From Balanoglossus misakiensis (taxonomy: Eukaryota > Animalia > Hemichordata), in assembly GCA_040954595.2 (NCBI GenBank), contig CM082588.2:4094156-4158155 (forward strand): DNA of 64,000 nt, read 5' to 3'. The position numbers were made by a program, and so were the translations under genes. Each line of letters opens with the position of its first letter. Positions within the stretch are counted from its first letter, which is position 1. The notes under the pieces were generated by a model. That model saw nothing but the letters and a program-made list of their open reading frames with translations, searched no databases and was not told where the DNA came from. This document shows, piece by piece, positions 36,401 through 47,400 of the stretch.

Positions 36401-38158
36401 AACTAGGGCAGTGTAATAGATCAGCGGCGTGAGAGGTGATTGAACGGTCGTGACAGTGGCCTCCATATGACCTTAATTAATACACGAGGCATGCGCACAA
36501 TTCACCCCCCCCCCCCCCACACACACCAAAGCTGCGTACCCACAGCCGTCATCTTCCAAATACGTACTTCCGGATAATCGCACATGCATGCAAATATTGG
36601 ATATTTAGAAATCGTGTGCAGCAAGTCAAACGGTATATATATGTTCGGATATTTAATTAAATCAAAATTATATTCGATAAAGGAGAAAAATACGTGGTTT
36701 TGCAGCCGCTAACTGGATGGAACTCGACGACGCATACGTGCATTCGTCCCCGTCACGGACTGATCGGAGAGGTAAACAGGACGCGTACGTACGTAAGCCG
36801 ACCATTCTTCACAACAAGTCCAAATCGAGCAGATATTAATTAGACTACATCGTCATGACAGAGTATAGGTCAACCACCTGTATATGGGGCAAACTGGTAT
36901 GCGCCTAGGCCTACACGTTACAATTCATCCTCCTAAATTATTTCGGCATACTATATGTACAATGCGGACTAAACGGAAAACCCATAAGCACTGCGTTTCC
37001 CGATGATTATTTGTAGCAAGGATGCCAAATCACTGTGCAAGTCAATTAAGCGAGCGAGGCGTGGGCATATCGCCATGGTAACTGTAATAGTCAGTATGGC
37101 ACGCGTGAGGTTCAACCTAAAACAGAACGCGGCCTGGTATCACATGAACCTGCGTCAGATTACTATAACGGTATAATAAATTTAACTGTAGATTTTCTTT
37201 CACCTAAACGGTAACTTCACCTCGAAATGGATATACTGCAGTTTGTCTGGAAAGGGAGATATTTACATTCGCCCAACCACGCTTCAGATGTGACTCCGAC
37301 TTTCACACTGAGTCGATCATCAGTCAATTGACAGTTCTCTGCTTATATATACATGTACATATACACGCGTACTGATCCCACAAGTCTGGTATATACACAT
37401 ACACATCTATAGAACAAATGTCAGCTAACAAGAGCGAATCTACCTATCGGTCAAGGCCAGCTTTGTTCTATACAGATTGAATCTGATCGCATGGCAGTCA
37501 TCTGTCAAATTTTCTACGGTATACACCTTTAATATGACTTGTAGTGGAGTATTCCCAAAATATTAACCTCAAAATGTTTTCAGGACACACCACAGTGAAA
37601 AAACGTCACTGCGCATATTTAAAAGTACAATGTAGGCCTACACTGGGAACGATATCGTTCTTAACAATAAGTGACCTGGACGGTAATACGATTTTGCAAA
37701 ATTATAATAAGGAAACATATCATCAACGCGTCTAAATATGGTGTGATTTTTTTCTCGATATTTTAAGCTTGCTTTCCACGTGCGCCAGGTTATATTTAAG
37801 CGTCGGTATTCCTAAAACTGTTGTGAAGATAGACTGAATATATTGAAAATTAGCATAAACGGGGATATATTAAGGGCAGACCCGACGAGGTCACTGCCAA
37901 CAGTGAAAAGGATATGTCTATAATAAGACGCGTTGCGATGCGCTTCTCCGGGTCAATTACGACTGCGTCGAAAGCATGCAAGCTGTAAAAATAATGAAAG
38001 GCGGTATGAAAAGAACACCGGTGTTCAATGTAGTACTATCCTGAAGAGATCGATCTGTGTTTTTGTGCGTTTTATTTATACGCGTTATCGAGGCCGGGTA
38101 TTTTTTTCTCAAAGGGGGTTGCCTCGGAAAAAGCGTTTCCAACTTACCGTGTTATAAT

Positions 38159-38812
38159 CTAAACAAAATGGTGCCACCACTGGGCACTCTCAATGTGGTG
38201 CGGGTTAAGGTCTTTCGTGTGGCACTCTAAAACATAGTTGCTGCCGTTTTGGTTATTCCAGAACGTTTGCAGGTTGACCTCATAGCAAAGAGCGAATTCC
38301 ACTCTGGAGCCGACGCCGAAATCTTTCGGTACGGGCAGCTCAAACTCGAACCGTTCTGTAGAGTGTGTTGGTAGATACGATGTCGGTTCCTCCTCGTCTT
38401 CGCTTTTCTCGCTGGAGGCCACGGAGCAGACGGACCCGCTTTCGTCTCGCGATTCCGGCGCGATGTAAGTGGCTATCACGTCGTCATGGGTACGCCAGTT
38501 GTTTCTCGTGTGTCGGATGATGACTCGCTTCTTCAGGCCGACGTTGGCGACGCGAACGACGCCGTTTATCGTCGTGTCTGTGCACTCGGTTTTCTCCAGA
38601 CACACCATCTCCTGGTGGACCTGCTGCTCAAACTCTTCCTCGTCGTCAGGCTCCTTCGAATCGAAGTTAAGGGCGCTGAGATTTTTTCGAGGGGGTAGTC
38701 TCTTATGATCGGGTTCAATGCCAAGTGTCTGGTAAATCGGGTGAACGGTAGGCGAACTGTCCTCAAGCAGCTGATCCGTCAGCATCGTGTCGAACTCGAT
38801 CCCAAAATCCAT
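38159..38812 (-). CDS. CBM21 (glycogen-binding) domain protein, PPP1R3/glycogen-targeting-subunit-like, 217 aa, single coding exon
   Basis: VCLE...GVVRVANVGLKKRVIIRHTRNNWRT...ERFEFELP...RVEFALCYEV...FWNNQNGSNY follows the CBM21 pattern of PPP1R3B/C/D. Confidence 0.85.
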   Translation of the reverse strand: MDFGIEFDTMLTDQLLEDSSPTVHPIYQTLGIEPDHKRLPPRKNLSALNFDSKEPDDEEEFEQQVHQEMVCLEKTECTDTTINGVVRVANVGLKKRVIIRHTRNNWRTHDDVIATYIAPESRDESGSVCSVASSEKSEDEEEPTSYLPTHSTERFEFELPVPKDFGVGSRVEFALCYEVNLQTFWNNQNGSNYVLECHTKDLNPHHIESAQWWHHFV

Positions 38813-38949
38813 GCTTACAGACCTACGGATCAGTCAAAATGTCGACAGAATTTTCAGTTGGTTAAACCAGACTAAATGTAAAGTTTTGCAGAAAAAACAC
38901 ACACGCGCACGACAATCTACCATCTGTCGGCAAGGTTTTAAGATTTCTT

Positions 38950-39000
38950 TGTATTAATATGGGGAATGCGTATTGGCCATGGAACCGTAGTCACGTGACT
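38950..39000 (-). promoter_or_regulatory. Putative promoter of the CBM21 gene (TATA-like, CCAAT, palindromic E-box GTCACGTGAC)
   Basis: ATATTAATA at about 38952-38960, CCAAT (minus) at about 38972, and gtcacgtgac at 38990-38999, 140-190 nt upstream of the ATG. Confidence 0.4.
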
Positions 39001-40195
39001 CATTCAACTTGATCGGGTTGAAGCAAAGGACACACACAGTACAAGCATGGCGTCATCGAAACTGTATTAACGCTGATCACAGGCAGTTATGAAAAACACG
39101 GAAAACGACTCCAAATCTCATGACTTCCCCCCTCTCTGTCTATATTCCCCCTCCGTCCTTAATATTCATGATCAAACACAGAAAGAAATGTGCGTTTCCA
39201 GTCGCATTCACCTTGTGCGGGTTAAATATCCAACGATATATAAACACGTTACCGGTAGGAAGGACACGCGCTTTGATCGTATAAGAAAAAAAATATCCGA
39301 ACGCGGATTATGGGTAATAAGAAAAGGCTATACTGTATCGCGTGGACCAACGAAAATTTTTTTCAATTTCCGAGCACAAACAGGACTAAACGTCAAAATC
39401 GCGAAAAAAATAAAACCAAGTTGCACCAACATGACATTGAAATATACGACTACAATGCAAACATGAACAATAGTGAATAGAGGGCCATTACCTTCGAGAA
39501 AACAGACAGTGTTGCTAATGTGCGCGCTAATGTTCAGCTGGATGTTGCAAGACGTGTTGCAAATCTTCAAACTTGCTGCATTAGACGCCGCTTTACAACA
39601 AAGCACCCCGGTAACACACACCGTTCACGCGTTACGCACTGTGGCCGCCGCAGATGAAATGACAAAGTCCGGCTATAGGTTGCTTGCGGCTTCAGCGTGT
39701 GACCCAATAACCGACTTTTTCGCGAGCGAGTGGCATGCATGGCCTGATATAGTCACATCGCTGAATAAATTACCCAGAACTCCCTGCGTTCAGGCTGGCG
39801 AGATCCAGATCAGTGCCTATGCTCTTTCATCCTTTAATGATAATATGCCATACCATCGATGATCCGTTATGCTTGCAGCTTGTTTATACGAGAGAGTTAT
39901 GTTGTAAATGTCTGCATATTCCAAACCGGATACGAGCTGAATATTTGCACGTGTACATAGTTTGATAAAGACTAAATTTCTGCATATTAGCATTGAATTA
40001 TCTCCAGGTGATTTACCGTGACACCCCCCCCCCCCCCACCCAACTTGAAAATGGAGTATGCTAATTACCCCACGGACAATTAGCATATCCCCCATGGTAC
40101 AGCTGCATTTCCATACCCAATGTGGCTTTTAATCTTTTTGACCACATTTTGGGCATTAGTGTGATTTTGAGTTGTATATTTTATGAAACTAACAA

Positions 40196-40252
40196 TATGC
40201 ATGCATGAATGTATGCACGTATGTATGTATGTGTGTATGTATGTATATATGT
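40196..40252. repeat. Imperfect (TATG)n microsatellite
   Basis: atatgcatgcatgaatgtatgcacgtatgtatgtatgtgtgtatgtatgtatatatgtgt. Confidence 0.8.
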
Positions 40253-40638
40253 GTATTATTATGCAAATATACAGGAGTACACAAGTTGAATTATTTTTTA
40301 GCATATTAAAATTTACTTCTGAAATACACAATACTCTGAAATACAAGTTTGTATTTAAAAACTATAGAGTGGTAGTTTCTGAAAGATAGATATAAAAATA
40401 GAATAGAATCATAAAAACATAAAACTTTGATTAAAATATTTACAAAATTCAAGATTTCTAGTATATATACATGGCAGTGTGAATGCATTATTTTTTTCTC
40501 TAAATATTAACTTTTTTTAATATTTGTTATAAGAAAGAAGGAATAAGCACAACATCTAAAATTACTCTGTACTCTTTTATACACATTTATATATTGCTTT
40601 ATGGCCCCATTAGATTTTCACTAAACTTTTCATCGCTA

Positions 40639-40731
40639 TTAACCCTTTCACCCCCAGTTCTCTCCAAAGTGGTCCAACTTTACCATAGAAAACAATGGAT
40701 TTGGACCAAACTATTGTGGGGTAAGGGTTAT
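40639..40731. mobile_element. About 90-bp TTAA-associated MITE
   Basis: Termini ttaaccctttcaccccc ... ggggtaagggtta form imperfect TIRs with a TTAA-like target. Internal sequence is shared with 5150-5229. Confidence 0.7.
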
Positions 40732-40963
40732 TATTAAGGGTGCTTTTCTTTTCCTGACGGATCACTTGCTTTGGAAATTCTGCTTCCAAGGTACAGCTAC
40801 AGCACATCCAGTGTTGAGGAAGTCTCAAACACTTCGACAACAGATCTTAACAGCAATCTTCAGACACCTAAAAAAAATGAAAATATTCACAAGCACATTA
40901 ATGTCAGAGAGTGCAAAGTAATAAATCATGGGTGTTGTCAGCAGACAAAATGTAGACATGGGT

Positions 40964-41055
40964 GATGCAATCCAGTTCCATCCAAGGGCTGGGGGGTCGG
41001 TTGCATCATGCAACCTCCAGTTCCATCTAAGGGCTGGGGGGATTGCATCATGCAG
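40964..41055. repeat. Two tandem about 46-bp hairpin-forming units
   Basis: tccagttccatc(c/t)aagggctgggggg occurs twice, each flanked by tgcaa...ttgcatca inverted arms. Confidence 0.75.
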
Positions 41056-41589
41056 TCATGCCCTGCTTATATCAAACACAGAAGGGGGTTCACGACATGA
41101 TTAGAAAATCTGTTCATACACGTAATATAGTCATCTGTCACACTGACATTTTCCTTTGTGAGTGCCAAAATAAAGAGTCTCAGACGTAAAATATAGGATT
41201 AACGCAACCCATTACTTACCTACTTAGGTTTGAACTTTAGTTAATCTTGGTCGTGTGGGAATATCATCTCTCCAATGTGGCAGTCATACATGTAACTTCT
41301 ACACAAATACCAACCCTGCAAAGAAAAAATGGATACCATTATACGTCCAATGATATGGCTTCATTTGCTAAACATAACGCATTGGTCAATGTGACAAGAA
41401 CTCTGGCTTTTTTGTTGAGAAATGCCCAAAAAGTTACAGCTATTAGAAGAGCACATTTTGCTCACGTACCTTGCAGGATATACGAACAATCACGCAACCA
41501 TGCCTTGTGTCATGCCACCACGCCATGGGCTCTGGAAAGACAGGCTACCACAGCTCTGATCAGACAACTCAGGTGTTCATCTCCACCTT

Positions 41590-44443
41590 CTACGTTTTCA
41601 GCAACTTGGTGAGGTTCTGATCTTCTCTGTGCGTGGGCGTGTTCTTGATGTCGCTGAGTGTCACGCGACAAGAGGTGTTTCTTATCTCTGGACTGGTGTA
41701 CATCTTGGGGCTCCTGCGAACACGCCCTGTGCCAATTCTGGGAGACTCTAGGAGTATGGAAGAAACGAAACAAGATGATCAGTGATCAGGCTAACTAACG
41801 AGGGATAGATGGGGGATGTAAGTTAATTAATCACAAGGGATAAAGCCATTCTCTGGATTTTAATTAAGGAGACTTACTTAGCATGAGTTCCCTTTTTACT
41901 CTCTTGTAATCTTCCTCGTTCACATCGAGTCTCATTCTGCCAACAAAGCCGTCTTCACTCGCCAGATGCTTCATTTCGGGAGTGACGAGGATCTCGGTGA
42001 GTTTCTTAGCAACGTCGCCATTCTGGTACTGCTTCCAGAAGGTGTCCAGCCCCTCCAGAGACTGGCCCTGGAGGGTGAACTTCAGCGAGCCCTTCTCGAT
42101 TTTGTCCACCAGCAGGCAGTATTCCCGGAACGCCTGCTTGATCAGCTCCACCTTGTCTGGATCGTTCCTCCGGACAATGTCCTCCTTCTCCATGTCGTAC
42201 AGCTCCCACGCCTCTTCCAGACGGCGCTTCTTGCTCCTCAACGTGATCTCCCGCTCTTCCAGGTCCAGTTTGTCCTTATCCCGCTTCATGCGCTCCTCTT
42301 CCTTGTAGCATTCCAGCTTGATGCGCTTCTCCTCCACCCCGACTCGGGACTCTTCCCGGGTGCATTCCATCTTCACCCGTCTCTCCTCCACGGCGATCCG
42401 TTTCTCTTCAAACTCTAAATTAGCAGTAGCCTGAAAACCTGCAGACATTCAACAGAACCATATCAGTATACCCTACCCACGCCAGAAAGACTGAAAATTT
42501 AAGTATTTGCATGCCTAAGCATAACTCAAAGCCCCAATAGCTACCAGTTTTAGGGAATTTTTACTCCATTAAAAACTACAATCTTCTAGTAATCCTTTAT
42601 CATCAGACGACACCATTTTGAATTGCAGGTGTACCCATGTGTGCATACCACAATAGTTGTGCACTCCTGAAATTGGCAGCTGGACACAGATAGTGACCAA
42701 AAGTAATGGATCATGATCATGAGTGGGGGTTTACCCGGCTCAAACTGCTCAGGTAGAACCCTGACCCAAACCTAAGGTCACAAACAAGGGGTCATGTGGT
42801 AAAATGGTGAGGTGATCAATCATTAGTCACAGTCTCAAATGAGATGTTGACCTGTGTCTCCGAACAAATCATGGAAAAGCAACTTACTTGGAAACTGCTT
42901 TCTTTTCCTATGCTGGACAGAAGGCAGATCTGAAGTGCCTTCGTCGGACGACTGGCTTGATGTGGACGTACCCGGTGCTCCTAAGTTATCTGAAGAACAT
43001 CAAGTACATATCATAGGAATATCAAAACTATGTACACAAATGTCCCAGTAAAACACATGTAATATTTTCTCTATCAAACCTGTTATACTTGTTATAATGG
43101 TTCAAGAGGTTGCCTAGCTGGTTAACACCACATGTATGTACTCAGGAAGTTTTTTGGCATTTTCAAAAAATTAGGATATTATGCATCTGAGACCCAATAT
43201 TTTGTATCCTGTAAAACCCTGGACAGGCATTAGTTGTGTACTTACCGAGTGCTCTGGCTGCTGCTGTGGTAACACACTCTAAGAATCTGTCATGTGACTC
43301 GGTGATAGTCTTGTTGTTCTGGTACTGCTCGCTCAACTGTTTAGTATTGTTGGCCGCAGTCTGTGGTTTTCTGATCACCCTGATGATCGCGTCGGAGAAT
43401 TCCTCGAGGTTGTTCTCGTCGTACAGGAAGAAATCCAAGAAGTCGGCCAAGTGTTCCTTGAAGAACACGGCCAGGCAGCTGGACTTGGGAATGAGCAGCG
43501 GTATTCCGGCGGCTACGGCCTCCAGTCCCTCCATTCCATATGGCTCATCCGGCCTCACTAGGAACAAGTAACTCTGCAAGAAGTCTTTGCACTGTTCGTC
43601 TTGAGAGCCATACGGGGCGTAGACGTTCGGTTTGAGATTCGACTCCTTGATGTGCTTCACTAGCGACTCCTTGAGTTGCTCTGCGCTCAGTTCGCTGTTT
43701 CTACGAATACGCCACTCTAGGTCTTCGACGTTCATCTTCCTGCAGAGTGCCGCTGCCTTGTCCAAAGATGAGGCAATGGCTTTATTGAACGGATCATCAC
43801 TGCTGTCGCTCACCGCATTCATGAGGACCTGCTTGTTGTCATTCTCAGTATAAGTAGCCACATTGATTTTTAAGTCAAAATATGACTGCTCCGGCCTAGG
43901 CAGGTATAATTTATGCTCAATCGGCTTGGCTCGGTACAGTGTTTGATAGTGACTGAACACTTTCGGTCCGACTGAAAATGCAAAATCGGTCCTCTCTACA
44001 TTTTCCAAGTGCGAGCTTTCATCGGCAGGGTTCGTTATGGAGTGGTTTATGAGAATCACCTTGGCGTTGGGGAACAACCTCTTGATTGCAAACGTGGCCC
44101 GGTACGTTCCCGGACAGTGGACGATTATTGCACCGATGTACGGCAATTTTGGCAGTGTTGTGTAGTAGTTTTCCGGCATCAAGAGCCACTGCAGTGAACT
44201 TTTCGTCGCCGACTCCTTCTTCTGGTCCTCCAGTAGGCCATCGGCCAATTTGGGAACGACGAGCTCCACGCAGTGCTTTGCGGCATCGTTGGTCTGCTCC
44301 GCCGTCGCCTGCAGCACCACGCAGTAGGTTCGAAGCTGCTTTTCTCGGGCCAGACGCACGGCCAGCTGGCAGTTCAACGCCGCGATGGCATTGCCCGCCC
44401 TGTTCCACGTCTCTGCTACAAGAACGACGGCATGCTTCATCAT
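41590..44443 (-). CDS. GT4 (GT-B fold) glycosyltransferase-like domain + coiled coil + TRADD-N-like domain protein, about 672 aa
   Basis: Exons 44443-43246, 42989-42888, 42438-41878 and 41747-41590 join through phase-1 introns (2019 nt); a probable 5'UTR exon ends at a donor at about 45559. GT4 signature EPYGMEGLEAVAAGIPLL (E-x7-E), AFSVGPKVFSHY, N-terminal VVLVAETW. E/K/R coiled coil. C-terminal IEKGSLKFTLQGQSLEGLDTFWKQYQNGDVAKKLTEILVT...NEEDYKR resembles the metazoan TRADD-N-like domain pattern. Confidence 0.8.
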
Positions 44444-47400
44444 GAAAGTCCTACGGCATGGCAACTACATCTACAGAAAGAAAAGAAAAACAGCTATTAG
44501 TATGAGAATCCATAGCTTGTCACTATGTCAGCCAACTTTTGCTCGGCTGAATGGTTGAGGGCGCACATTCATCAGAGAATAAGTTTGCATAAGCTGTGAG
44601 AATCTACACACTTCGTTTCACTGATGTTTCAAGTTACATCAATTTACATGTAATGCCCGTATCTGTTTCAAAGTGGTTGGATATATGCAGTTCTGGTAGC
44701 ATAAGGCTGAAATGATCTGGCTGGCTGGCTATCTGTTCAAACTAGGCTGCTGGAATCATATCATATTACAGGGAAAGTAATTTCTATCAGCTGAACTCCC
44801 CTCTAGGTTGACCTCGGTTCAACTTCTGTCCTGCATCTAACCCTTACCCTCAACAAATGGCAATGGTAGTATAGTAGTATAGTATGTGTATGTGACCTTA
44901 AAGTCTGACAGATTTATAAGCAAACGTGACCTTTCAACTCTACCACCATGACTTGCCAATACTTAAAAGGCCATATAGTAAAAACTGATGTCTACTGTTG
45001 ACAGTTGCGCAAGTGCAATACAAGACCAGCTGCATACTGGTGATGCAGCTATAATGTACTGTCACATGTAGTAACTGTATGAAATCAGTGTTTCACATGA
45101 TGATGTATACACAACAGCCAAATGCTTCAACACTATGGCTTCTTTTAACACTGAATTCATACAGATAATAGACAGAAAACGCCTTGCAAGTGATAGTCTA
45201 TAAAAAAGTGGAATATATCTGCACTTTGGGGAGTTTCGTGTCACTAGATAACAGGCCCTGGTAATTCAGGGCAGGTTTCCGGAAGTCCCATTCATGACAC
45301 ACCAGTCGTAGTAAACAGTAGTACGCCCACACGCAGTCCACGCTAAATATAACCTGACCGCACGTCTTATTTTACTTCAAGAGGATTTCCCCGATAAAAT
45401 ACCAAACGACCCAACATCACACGATTTGCTCGACGTAAAACAGACCAAAGTTGATGCACTTTATCAACCAAGAGAGAAAGTCAAATGCGTTATGAAAACG
45501 TCAATCGATTCCTCTTCTGTCAAACACAAAATGTGTTGTTTTCAAATGTATCACTCACCTTTTTTTCAAAATAAAAACACTGTTTTAGGATGGATCCGGA
45601 CGGCGTAAAGAACACACAATGTAGTTTGCAAGGGCAGTATTCTCCTTGGGTTTTGTAAAAAGAGAAAAGTGCTCAAATCCCAGCAGAGGCAGTGTAACCG
45701 GCGTCAATCGAGGTCACTCGGCAAGAAAGATGTCCGATGCAGACGATAAAGCGTAACGGCAGTGAATATAGCGTGGCTAGGGCATCTTTGCAGAAACGGA
45801 AGGTCAAATTTTCAGCCGTCTTCCGACGTAAATAGTTTTCCAAAGACAGCCACTTTCCTCCGGTGGAGCATCCGCTGATGATCAAGTGTAGCTACATCGA
45901 TTTTCCTTGATTAATCGCCCTAAAACGTCTACAAAAGATGCTAATACAAGGGCACCTTGATAGTAAAATTTACAAACATGGAGGAAAAGTCACGTGTCGC
46001 TTTCAACACCCGTGATTGGTTACTTGGAACATTGGCGCGTTGTGCGCGTGGACCTAATATGCATACAAACAAAGACTGTAAACATTCAAACGTGTTAGGT
46101 CAACAGAGGACTCGACGCAATCAAAGTCTGTTTCTGATAGTTTTGCCTCCTAGCAGAGAAAATTATTATAACAAACGAATTATTATTCTAAACCAAATCT
46201 CATTTTCCTACAAAATGATAAAAGTAACATTAATTGGATGAATAGACGGGACTATAGGCCTATTTTTGCAACAGTAGCAATTTGGGGCTAAACATAAATA
46301 ATTTCTAACGCATGTAGGCAAATAATTGTTATTAATCTGTGTTGCCAAGCAGTATCCAGAGGTAAAATTGTCGCTCATGATATGCATATTCATAGTCACT
46401 TCAATCTTTAAAACGACAGTTGAAATTTTCTCTCGAAATTTATAGTATCCGACGATGGGGGCGCTATGCATTATTGCGAGGCCGAGGAGAAAAGTAGGGT
46501 AGCCCAGGGAAGCCATCATATTTTTCTTGTCGATCAACAAGCAGCTTATTTTAGAAATCCAAAGACTACAATATTGATGAAAATAATGAAGATATTCATT
46601 TTGAAACATTTAATTCGCATGTTTAATCGATTACTTATACTTATATACAAAGGGATTTAAAAAATAAACGAGAAAGTTCACAATGCTTTGGAAATACAGC
46701 AACGGTGGAACCTCAGTATTCATGCTTTCTTCAAATAATAAATGTGACTTACGACCGATTACGATTTGTAGAAAACCCGCCGAGTTAGAAATATGAAACA
46801 GGCTTCTTTCTCATGTGAAAACATATTATCATCATTTTCAAGTAAATTCACTAAAATGCTTTGTCACCGCTTCACTGATATAATGACAACAATTATATTC
46901 TTCTAGGCAATTATTCTCCACTGTAGAAAAAGTAACTTTCAGGAGTGGGACTCTGGTCTGATACACTTCCGAATAAAAGTTCAAAAAGATATTTAGGCAA
47001 AAAATAAGTGAGCTTTGTATACGTATATGTTTGTTCTCTGTCGGAGTAAATTTCAGACGAAGATGACTTGTTGATTTCGCGCCTTTCAAAAGGCGATAAA
47101 CAACAACGTGGGGAGAAGAGCCCACAGGTTTTCATTTAACTTGAAGAAGAGCAACATTTCGTCCTGTCAACTGTCTCTTCTTGTTATGATATGGGCTCGG
47201 TAGGGACAAATTTAACGGCCAAACTGTAGAAGAGTAAAACACAAGTACAATCCTACAGAGTACGTACTAGTACGTCCATGCTGGCGAACATAGAAGAAGC
47301 ACTTAGTTTGGCATATACAAGGCGAAAGAATGCACAGAGCAACCGATTGTCCGAGTCCGAGCTTGGTATAACGCGATTGCCAGGCGTAAAGGTTTACAAA

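Noticed and set aside
36690-36760. Possible tRNA-derived SINE head on the minus strand (GAGTTCCATCC)
   Set aside because: Imperfect B-box, no A-box, and no second copy in the window.
41966-44500. Several 100-150 aa plus-strand ORFs
   Set aside because: Antisense shadows of the GC-rich GT4/TRADD-N coding exons, with no independent motifs.
47210-47400. Open frame continuing after the Rho stop and containing CILS (stop readthrough restoring a CAAX?)
   Set aside because: The TAG-TTT context is not a readthrough signal, and CILS is not terminal in that frame.
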